Shown here: positions 9,938-18,486 of the stretch, piece after piece
Layout of the letters: every line of letters starts with the position of its first letter
How positions within the stretch are numbered: position 1 is the stretch's first letter
Assembly (NCBI GenBank): GCA_965227295.1
Contig: OZ245742.1
Coordinates: 768,001-832,000 of the forward strand
Origin: Leptonemataceae bacterium
Lineage (GTDB): Bacteria > Spirochaetota > Leptospiria > Leptospirales > Leptonemataceae
Direction: 5' to 3'
DNA length: 64,000 nucleotides
Translations under genes and position numbers: made by a program
The notes under the pieces: generated by a model
The model's database searches: none
Told to the model about the DNA's origin: nothing
Seen by the model: only the letters and a program-made list of their open reading frames with translations

Positions 9938-11116
9938 ATGAACGGCACGTACGACGTCATCATCATCGGCACGGGGCCGGCCGGAACCTCGACGGCCCTG
10001 CACCTGTACCAGCGCGATCCAGCCTGGGCCGGGCGGGTGCTGCTGATCGACAAAGCCGTGCATCCGCGCGAAAAACTCTGCGGCGGCGGCGTGACGCACT
10101 ACGGAGAGGATCTCTTAACTGATCTTGGTCTAAAGTTTGAGCCGAGGCACTTCGATGTTCGTGAGGTGCGTCTGGACTACGAGGGCGAATCCTACAGCTT
10201 TCGCGGCTCGCCCGTCTTTCGCATCACTCATCGCGCGGAGTTCGATCACTGGCTGCTCGGCGAGGTTCGCAAACACGGCTTCACGATTCGCGAAGGCGAG
10301 GGCGTGACGGCCATCCACATCGCCGACGATGATAACGCCGCGGTCGATGCTGCCGCGCCGGTTACGGTCACCACGGAACGCGGCAAGTATCGCGGCAAAG
10401 TCTTGATCGCCGCCGACGGATCGAAGAGCACCGTGCGCCGATTGCTCGCCTGGCCGGAGCGGGAGGCGCCGCATCTGTCGCGCCTGGTCGAAACGTTGAC
10501 CGACGAAGACGAACGGCAGGCCGAGTTCGCCGACGGCCGGGCGATCCTGGACTTCAGCCGCATGACCGATCGCCTGCAAGGATACTACTGGGACTTTCCG
10601 AGTTATGTCGACGGTCGCCCGCGCATGAATCGCGGCCTCTTCGACAGCCGCATCCAGGCGCAGCGCCCCCGCGCCGACCTCAAAGGCAACCTGAACGATT
10701 TCTTAAGTCAACGCGAACGTAAGTTAGACGAAGGCGGCCTAAAAGGTCATCCCATCCGATGCTTCGATCCGCGGTCAACGTTCGCCCGGCCGCACGTCAT
10801 CCTCGCCGGCGACGCCGCGGGCGCGGACCCGTTGTTCGGCGAGGGCATCTCGTTCGCGCTCGCCTACGGCAAAATCGCCGCCGAAGCCGTGGCCGCCGCC
10901 TTCGATCGCAACGACTTCACGTTCGGCGATTACCGGCGCCGCATCTTACGGCAACCGCTCATGCGGCAATTGAAGCTGCGCGTGCGATTGGCGCGCATGG
11001 CGTACGTGTTGCACCGGCCGTGGTTCGTGCGAATGATGTGGCGGATTGCGGGAGCCGTGGTGCGGTGGACGCCGTGGTCGAAAGAGAGCTTTCGGCCGGC
11101 GAAGCGGGTGGGGTGA
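9938..11116 (+). CDS. FAD-dependent oxidoreductase, geranylgeranyl reductase family
   Basis: DVIIIGTGPAG, PREKLCGGG, AADG and GDAAG-x-DPLFGEGI motifs. Confidence 0.88.
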   Translation: MNGTYDVIIIGTGPAGTSTALHLYQRDPAWAGRVLLIDKAVHPREKLCGGGVTHYGEDLLTDLGLKFEPRHFDVREVRLDYEGESYSFRGSPVFRITHRAEFDHWLLGEVRKHGFTIREGEGVTAIHIADDDNAAVDAAAPVTVTTERGKYRGKVLIAADGSKSTVRRLLAWPEREAPHLSRLVETLTDEDERQAEFADGRAILDFSRMTDRLQGYYWDFPSYVDGRPRMNRGLFDSRIQAQRPRADLKGNLNDFLSQRERKLDEGGLKGHPIRCFDPRSTFARPHVILAGDAAGADPLFGEGISFALAYGKIAAEAVAAAFDRNDFTFGDYRRRILRQPLMRQLKLRVRLARMAYVLHRPWFVRMMWRIAGAVVRWTPWSKESFRPAKRVG

Positions 11117-11162
11117 TGCATCTGCTCACGCGGACTTGATCGGCGCCGGCTAATGATGTGGT

Positions 11163-11780
11163 TTATTTGAACTGAATCGTCAGGCGTTTGAAGTGAGTGT
11201 CCTTTAGTTCGAAGGGTGCTTCGAACATATCCATGTAAGCCTCATCATAGAAGTAGACCAGGAATATCGAGTCGTAAGGGAAGTCTTCGATTCGATACAC
11301 CTGGTAGCTGTTGAAGTAAATTTCAGAGATGTGCCATGCGACTCTCAGGCGCTGCTCTGTTTGGTCGAGCAGCTCTACACTGCGCATTTCCGGATAGGTC
11401 AGGCTATAGACGATTGCGCCTGGTGCCAGATCGGAAACGACCAGGGGAGCATTCATATCCCCGACTGCCAGTGCCCCTCCATGTGCGAAAGGCAGATCCT
11501 CTGTCGATACTCCCGGCCTTACCGAGTTATGGATCGATTGCTCCGTAGACGCGACAATGGAGGGAGAGTTGCCACAGTCTGCTTCGGTCGGGCAAAGGGG
11601 GATTTCGATAATTAGAGTAAAGGGTTCTCTGGCGAGGACCAGTCGGGAGCTATCTTCGTATTTCGTAATATGTATGGTTTGGTTGAAATGATCGGTTCCC
11701 TGGCAGCCAGGAAGGAAGGCGCCCACAATCGCAAATACGGCTGAGGTCTGCCAGGCTCTGAATTGAATGGGGAAAGACAT
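11163..11780 (-). CDS. Hypothetical lipoprotein
   Basis: Hydrophobic N-terminus ending LPGC; start MSFPIQ at 11780. Confidence 0.5.
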   Translation of the reverse strand: MSFPIQFRAWQTSAVFAIVGAFLPGCQGTDHFNQTIHITKYEDSSRLVLAREPFTLIIEIPLCPTEADCGNSPSIVASTEQSIHNSVRPGVSTEDLPFAHGGALAVGDMNAPLVVSDLAPGAIVYSLTYPEMRSVELLDQTEQRLRVAWHISEIYFNSYQVYRIEDFPYDSIFLVYFYDEAYMDMFEAPFELKDTHFKRLTIQFK

Positions 11781-11791
11781 AAGGTTGCCAC

Positions 11792-12295
11792 ATGGCGAAT
11801 CGATATGAGCAGGTACCGGACCGATTGTGGCAGCTGATCGAACCACTGATGCCCGCGGAAGAGCCGAAGCCGTACGGAGGCCGTCCCCGGAAGAGCTGGC
11901 GCGCGGTGATGAATGGGGTTCACTACAAGTTATGGACGGGGCGTCAATGGGAAGCGATTCCCTCGTCGATCATCAACGGCAAGACGTGTCATCGAAGATA
12001 TCAAGAACTGGTCGAAGCTGGTGTATTCGATCAGATTCTTGAGCTGATGCCACAAGAAGAAAGGTCTTCGATACCAATGGGCGACGCTGGATTCTTCGAT
12101 GGTGAAAGCGCCGAAAAAAGGGGGCTCACCGGTCCGAATCCGACTGACCGTGCTAAATCCGGCGTAAAACTGCACGTTTTGACGGATGAACGCGGCATCC
12201 CGTTGTCCGCCGGTATCACGGCCGCGAACGTTAACGATATTTTTCTCGTGGCTGCTGCCCTCGATCATGTTCGCATGCGCGCTCCCCGCGGGCCA
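11792..12295 (+). pseudogene. IS5-family transposase remnant, 3'-truncated
   Basis: GGRPR, WTGRQW, TCHRRY, GPNPTDR and KLHVLTD-x2-GIP motifs; A6G5 slippery run near 12114-12125; the DSSMVKAP segment lies in another frame, implying an extra indel near 12048; sequence breaks into a CRISPR repeat before DKGYD. Confidence 0.85.
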
Positions 12296-12296
12296 G

Positions 12297-12426
12297 GGGG
12301 ATGGACCGTTTCGCTTCGTCTTTACAAAATTGTATCACCGGTATTCCCCACGCGTGTGGGGATGGACCGACGTAGGCTATATCCCCGAGGACGTCGTCGA
12401 GGTATTCCTCACGCACGTGGGAATCC
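12297..12426 (+). CRISPR. Type I-E array 0 (remnant: half repeat, full repeat, degenerate terminal repeat; 2 spacers)
   Basis: GGGGATGGACCG at 12297-12308, full repeat at 12341, degenerate repeat at 12402. Confidence 0.85.
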
Positions 12427-12556
12427 TCTAATATTCATTGGAGTGCGATTAGCAGCCACAGCCAGATAGAACGTCACCGATCTGGAGGACACCCGACTCA
12501 TTCTTCCTTTTCCTCGTTGACTTGACATGCGGTAAAATACTAAACAGGTTGTTAGA
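12427..12556 (+). promoter_or_regulatory. CRISPR leader, type A
   Basis: Near-identical to 16562-16693; ends TTGAC...TACTAAACAGGTTGTTAGA. Confidence 0.85.
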
Positions 12557-13073
12557 GTATTCCCCACGCACGTGGGGATGGACCGTCGAGGCCGACTTGC
12601 GCGTCAGGTTCGGCGATGTATTCCCCACGCACGTGGGGATGGACCGAACGCAGCGCCCGCTTCCCGGGCATTACCAAGGTATTCCCCACGCACGTGGGGA
12701 TGGACCGGTGAGTACGGAAAAGAGTACAAAGACCAGGAGGTATTCCCCACGCACGTGGGGATGGACCCAATTCTGCTCGCCGGGACGCGGTTGTGTCCTG
12801 GTATTCCCCACGCACGTGGGGATGGACCGCCGCGTATAGGTGCTTCAACTGATCCCCGATCGTATTCCCCACGCACGTGGGGATGGACCGCCTTCAGGCC
12901 CATTCCGCCGTTGATTGCATCCGTATTCCCCACGCACGTGGGGATGGACCGGTGAACCTGAACCCGGTAGAGGCTGTCCGCCGGTATTCCCCACGCACGT
13001 GGGGATGGACCGTTTCCAACGAGCGTTTGAACGAAGTCGATATCGTATTCCCCACGCACGTGGGGATCTATCG
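12557..13073 (+). CRISPR. Type I-E array 1: 9 repeats, 8 spacers
   Basis: GTATTCCCCACGCACGTGGGGATGGACCG at a 61-bp period; last repeat degenerate. Confidence 0.98.
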
Positions 13074-13204
13074 CTAATATTTATTGGAGTTTGATTAGCA
13101 ACCTCATTCAGATAGGAACGCGTCACCTATCCGGCGGACATCCGAATCATCGTTCCTTTCCTTGTTGACTCGCAATGCGGGAAAATACTAAACAGGTTGT
13201 TAGG
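13074..13204 (+). promoter_or_regulatory. CRISPR leader, type B
   Basis: Highly similar to 15791-15922. Confidence 0.85.
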
Positions 13205-14332
13205 GTATTCCCCACACGCGTGGGGATGGACCGCCGTAGTGCCGAGAAGAATTGCGGACGAAAGAGTATTCCCCACACGCGTGGGGATGAACCGGGGAGC
13301 TGACGCTCCGCAACCCGTCCGAAGAGAGTATTCCCCACACGCGTGGGGATGGACCGACTGGTGGTAGGACTAATTTATTAATAACTCAGTATTCCCCACA
13401 CGCGTGGGGATGGACCGACAGTGGCGGGGCCACGACTTCGGCCCCGAACGTATTCCCCACACGCGTGGGGATGGACCGGGGTCAGATTACAGGTCAATTC
13501 AGGGGTCGCCGTATTCCCCACACGCGTGGGGATGGACCGATCACACCCTCTATTTGCGGCTGGCTCGTGAGGTATTCCCCACACGCGTGGGGATGGACCG
13601 TGGGTCAGCATGGCTGAGATCTTTTTGAGCCTGTATTCCCCACACGCGTGGGGATGGACCGGACGTGGGTGAGATGGTGGAACCACTCAACGCGTATTCC
13701 CCACACGCGTGGGGATGGACCGGTTCACAGCCTCGCCTCGCAAACATCTTTCGCGTATTCCCCACACGCGTGGGGATGGACCTGCTCTACAAGACTCCGC
13801 GTGTGCTCATCCAGCGTATTCCCCACACGCGTGGGGATGGACCGAAACACGCCGCCGAGAAGCAACGCCGCGCCTAGTATTCCCCACACGCGTGGGGATG
13901 GACCGCAGGGTGAAGCGGACTTCACTGAAGAACCACGGTATTCCCCACACGCGTGGGGATGGACCGCGAAGGCGCTCGCTCATTCTTGTTCTTGCGGCGT
14001 ATTCCCCACACGCGTGGGGATGGACCGGGCGGAAGCGTGATCGTCGGCAGGTTGCGCGGGTATTCCCCACACGCGTGGGGATGGACCGATCGTGTAGAGC
14101 AGCCCGTTTTGTGACGGTGTGTATTCCCCACACGCGTGGGGATGGACCGACAAGGTCTGCGACGGCGATCGTCTTCGGACCGTATTCCCCACGCGCGTGG
14201 GGATGGACCGAAAGAAGTGAAGGTTAGAACATCCGGGGATAGGCATTCCCCACGCATGTGGGGATCGACCGGCTCGATCCATAGCGCGCAGACATGCCAT
14301 GTCGCATTCCCCACACGCGTAGGGATCTCCCC
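13205..14332 (+). CRISPR. Type I-E array 2: 19 repeats, 18 spacers
   Basis: GTATTCCCCACACGCGTGGGGATGGACCG; degenerates at the 3' end. Confidence 0.98.
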
Positions 14333-14488
14333 TTCTCCCACTAAAGTACTACAAAACCAACCTAAGACCCCGCAATGACCGACCATCCAATCCAATAACC
14401 CCTCATAAATGCCCCGGAAAACCAGGGTCTCCACTCAAACCCACTCAAGGCCGCCAACTCCCGCACCGAAGACAAAACGAGGCCACAC

Positions 14489-15367
14489 ATGAACCGGGAC
14501 TTACAGGAAATACCGCGCTTCGATCATAACTGGTCGTTTCTATATTTCGAAAAAGGTCGCATCCAACAAGAACTGCAAACCGTTGCATACTGCTATCTCG
14601 AAAAGAAGATCCCCGTTCCCATCGAAACGTTGTCGCTGCTCATGCTCGGCCCCGGCACCAGCATCACGCACGAGGCCGTCAAACGCATCGCCGATTCCCG
14701 CTGCCTGCTCGCCTGGGTCGGCGAAGAAGGCATTCGATTCTATGCCGGCGGTTCTCCCGGAACGTACTCCTCGCGCCATCTGTTGCAACAGGTCTACAGC
14801 TACGCGAACGACATCGAGCGCATGAAGATCGTCCGGCGCATGTATCAGATGCGCTTCGATGAAGTCGTCGACACGAACGTTACCCTCGAACAACTCCGCG
14901 GCATGGAAGGCGCACGCGTACGCAAAGCCTACGCGGCCGCCGCCGAAGAATTCGGCGTCGAGTGGACCGGACGCAGTTACGACCAGAACGATTGGCGCGC
15001 CGGTGATCCGGTCAACCGCGCGCTCTCGGCGGCGAACTCCTGCCTCTACGGCCTCTGCCACGCGGCGATCCTGTCGCTCGGCTGTTCCCCCGGCATCGGC
15101 TACATTCATACCGGCAAACAACTATCGTTCGTCTACGACATCGCCGATCTCTACAAAACCGAGATCACCATCCCCATCGCGTTCCAGGAAGGCCAGGCAC
15201 CGGCAGCCGTAGAATCGCGCACCCGCCACGCCTGCCGGGATCGCTTTCGCGAAACACGTCTCATCAAACGCATCATCCCCGACATCATGGAGGTTCTGTA
15301 TGGTAATCGTCGTGCTGGAGAACGCGACACCGGGACAGAGGGGCGTGATGTCGCGGTTAACTATTGA
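14489..15367 (+). CDS. cas1: Type I-E Cas1
   Basis: LMLGPGTSITHEA, QLRGMEGARVR, HTGKQLSFVYDIADLYK. Confidence 0.97.
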   Translation: MNRDLQEIPRFDHNWSFLYFEKGRIQQELQTVAYCYLEKKIPVPIETLSLLMLGPGTSITHEAVKRIADSRCLLAWVGEEGIRFYAGGSPGTYSSRHLLQQVYSYANDIERMKIVRRMYQMRFDEVVDTNVTLEQLRGMEGARVRKAYAAAAEEFGVEWTGRSYDQNDWRAGDPVNRALSAANSCLYGLCHAAILSLGCSPGIGYIHTGKQLSFVYDIADLYKTEITIPIAFQEGQAPAAVESRTRHACRDRFRETRLIKRIIPDIMEVLYGNRRAGERDTGTEGRDVAVNY

Positions 15368-15641
15368 ACTCAAGGCCGGTGTCTTTGCCGGCAATCTCAA
15401 TCGCCGCATCCGCGACAAACTCTGGGACCGCATCGTCCACAAATGGAACGCGAACGCCTTGCTGATCTACACCACGAACACCGAACAGGGCTACGCGGCC
15501 CGTTCACACGGCGACACCAGCCGCGAACTTGTCGAGATCGAAGGCATGGTTCTTACGCAGTTCACCCGGCGTAAACATCGTAAGTCGAATGATGATGATG
15601 CGGTTGATGCGGATCATGTCGGCGGGGCTGGGGGCATGTAA
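15300..15641 (+). CDS. cas2: Type I-E Cas2
   Basis: MVIVVLE...ELKAGVFAG...IRDKLW...EQGY; overlaps the cas1 3' end by 68 nt. Confidence 0.95.
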   Translation: MVIVVLENATPGQRGVMSRLTIELKAGVFAGNLNRRIRDKLWDRIVHKWNANALLIYTTNTEQGYAARSHGDTSRELVEIEGMVLTQFTRRKHRKSNDDDAVDADHVGGAGGM

Positions 15642-15700
15642 GGCGCGGTTCCTTTTGTTCGTTGACTTGTGATGTGCGAAACTACTTAACAGGTTGTGTC

Positions 15701-15790
15701 GTAGTCCCCACGCATGTGGGGATGGACCGCGCCTGCGGCCCCCACTGCCCGCCCGGACTGTGTATTCCCCACGCGTGTGGGGATCCATCG
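15701..15790 (+). CRISPR. Type I-E array 3: 2 variant repeats, 1 spacer, short leader 15642-15700
   Basis: GTAGTCCCCACGCATGTGGGGATGGACCG and GTATTCCCCACGCGTGTGGGGATCCATCG. Confidence 0.9.
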
Positions 15791-15922
15791 CTAATATTTA
15801 TTGGAGTTCGGTTAGCAACCACATTCAGATAGGAACGCGTCACCTATCCGGCGGACATTCGAAGCATTGTTCCTTTTCCTCGTTGACTTGACATGCCGGA
15901 AACTACTAAACAGGTTGTTAGA
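15791..15922 (+). promoter_or_regulatory. CRISPR leader, type B
   Basis: Paralogue of 13074-13204. Confidence 0.85.
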
Positions 15923-16561
15923 GTATTCCCCACGCACGTGGGGATGGACCGGAGTCCCCCGCCATGGGAGAAGAAGATCAGCAGTATTCCCCACGCACGT
16001 GGGGATGGACCGGAGGCGCGGGCTCAAGATGAAAGCAGAGATTGCGTATTCCCCACGCACGTGGGGATGGACCGGTCACCTGGAATTCGATCCGGCACAC
16101 ATGGGTGTATTCCCCACGCACGTGGGGATGGACCGCCGTCGGAGGTAAAGGAAGATGAAAGCTAAAGGTATTCCCCACGCACGTGGGGATGGACCGCACA
16201 CCTACATCCGCCGGTCCCTAAAGATTGAGTATTCCCCACGCACGTGGGGATGGACCGGAGCACACAAGCGCATGAGGACTCAAGAAATCGTATTCCCCAC
16301 GCACGTGGGGATGGACCGATGCGCACTCAGGTTCCATCACAATTCTCTGCGTATTCCCCACGCACGTGGGGATGGACCGGGGCCCTGCCCGGTTACGCTG
16401 GCGGGGGTGGCGTATTCCCCACGCACGTGGGGATGGACCGTCGGAGGCGCGCCCGGCGGGTTGCTATACTTGGTATTCCCCACGCTCGTGGGGATGGACC
16501 GCTGAGCGATCGGCGCTACAACGAACTCCGTAAGTATTCCCCACGCACTGTGGGAATACCG
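15923..16561 (+). CRISPR. Type I-E array 4: 11 repeats, 10 spacers
   Basis: GTATTCCCCACGCACGTGGGGATGGACCG. Confidence 0.98.
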
Positions 16562-16693
16562 CTAATATTCATTGGAGTGTGATTAGCAGCCACAGCCAGA
16601 TAGAAACGCATCACCGATCTGGAGGACACCCGACTCATTCTTCCTTTTATCCGTTGACTTGACATGCGGTAAAATACTAAACAAGTTGTTAGA
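16562..16693 (+). promoter_or_regulatory. CRISPR leader, type A
   Basis: Paralogue of 12427-12556. Confidence 0.85.
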
Positions 16694-17637
16694 GTATTCC
16701 CCACGCGTGTGGGGATCGACCGATTACGAATCCATTCGGGCCGATTTTGTCGGGGTATTCCCCACGCGTGTGGGGATCGACCGGTGGCTGCACGGAAAAT
16801 GGAAGCAGATTTACTGTATTCCCCACGCGTGTGGGGATCGACCGTGACCCTGGAGGACGGCAACGTCCACGAGGGGGTATTCCCCACGCGTGTGGGGATC
16901 GACCGTATTCTCAGGCGTCTGATTGACGTCATTTGGTGTATTCCCCACGCGTGTGGGGATCGACCGGGTTGCCTGGTAGTCGAGGATTGGGGCGGCGAGT
17001 ATTCCCCACGCGTGTGGGGATCGACCGCGCCTGGAGCCTGCCATTCGTCCACTCATCGCGTATTCCCCACGCGTGTGGGGATCGACCGCAGGCCGCTATC
17101 GATAAGGCCCGGGAAGAATCGTATTCCCCACGCGTGTGGGGATCGACCGCCCGAGAAGATCGAACATGGGTAGGGTATTGAGTATTCCCCACGCGTGTGG
17201 GGATCGACCGCTGTGGGCGCACTTCGTGATCCTCTTCTGCCAGTATTCCCCACGCGTGTGGGGATCGACCGATCCCGCTGAGCGAATACCGCGAAGCCGT
17301 TGCGTATTCCCCACGCGTGTGGGGATCGACCGCCCCGACGCAGCCTCGTTGACGGAGTGTATGGGTATTCCCCACGCGTGTGGGGATCGACCGGTGCGGT
17401 CATCGTCGAGAATGCCGGCACACAAGTATTCCCCACGCATGTGGGGATGGACCGTGCTACCACGGGGACGGCGGTCGCGATCTTCAGTATTCCCCACGCA
17501 CGTGGGGATGGACCGCCGATTTTCGTGATGATTTCATGTTCCTTTAAGTATTCCCCACGCGCGTGGGGATGGACCGCCCCGAGACCCGGCTTCCACGCTC
17601 CAGGGTGAGTATTCCCCACGCGTGTGGGGATTAGCCG
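16694..17637 (+). CRISPR. Type I-E array 5: 16 repeats, 15 spacers
   Basis: GTATTCCCCACGCGTGTGGGGATCGACCG; distal repeats switch to ATGGACCG. Confidence 0.98.
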
Positions 17638-17784
17638 CTAATAAACATTTAGGAGTTGTTAGTATCGTTGATCTTCGATGCGCCTCTTGCAAAACAACAC
17701 GTCTCCTGATTGGTAGACATGCGAAGCACGACTCCTATTAATCGTTGACTTGCAATGCGCAAAAATACTAAACAGGTCGTTAGA
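17638..17784 (+). promoter_or_regulatory. CRISPR leader, type C (divergent)
   Basis: Starts CTAATA, ends GTTGACTTGCAATGCGCAAAAATACTAAACAGGTCGTTAGA. Confidence 0.8.
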
Positions 17785-18300
17785 GTATTCCCCGCGTATG
17801 CGGGGATGGACCGGTCGGGCGGGAGAAGAGCTACCACGCCGTCTTGTATTCCCCGCGTATGCGGGGATGGACCCAGCCGAACCCTACTACAGGCACTGGC
17901 GGAATCGTATTCCCCGCATACGCGGGGATGGACCGCCGTCGCGCCCGGACAGCCCGTTCGTGTCCGCGTATTCCCCGCATACGCGGGGATGGACCGCTGC
18001 TGACCAATTGATTGTCACTGTAGGCCAGTATTCCCCGCATACGCGGGGATGGACCGTCCACGGCCTCGCCGAGCTTCGGATTGTACGGGTATTCCCCGCG
18101 TACGCGGGGATGGACCGTGGACACCCTGGATCGGAACTTTGAGCTGGCGGTATTCCCCGCATACGCGGGGATGGACCGAACCAGTCACGCCGGAGGAGTA
18201 ACCAGAAAACGTATTCCCCGCGCATGCGGGGATAGACCGTCGATTTCGTCGTCTACGCCTTCGCCCTGGACGTATTCCCCGCGCATGCGGGGATCGGCCG
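17785..18300 (+). CRISPR. Type I-E array 6: 9 repeats, 8 spacers
   Basis: GTATTCCCCGC(GTAT/ATAC)GCGGGGATGGACCG. Confidence 0.97.
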
Positions 18301-18486
18301 CACGGCAATCACAGACCGGAAGCGCTCCTGCTCTTTTCCTCACGACGCGGGGCCGCGCAGCACGCCCCGCTTCCTACTCCCCAACGCTTACATGATGACA
18401 ATCATCCAACCCGTCCCCCCATCAGATAGAACGCCCTCCTCCGGAAAATCCTCGACACCCCTCCCCCGCCGCCCCTCCGTCAAACC

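Noticed and set aside
12309-12340. Array 0 spacer resembling 26924-26940 (CGTCTTACAAAATGT)
   Set aside because: Short and gapped, consistent with chance. I saw no convincing self-targeting spacer, but this was not searched exhaustively
12186-18395. Many ORFs across the CRISPR arrays
   Set aside because: They are translations of repeats and spacers (recurring YSPRTWGWT/VFPTHVGMDR), not genes
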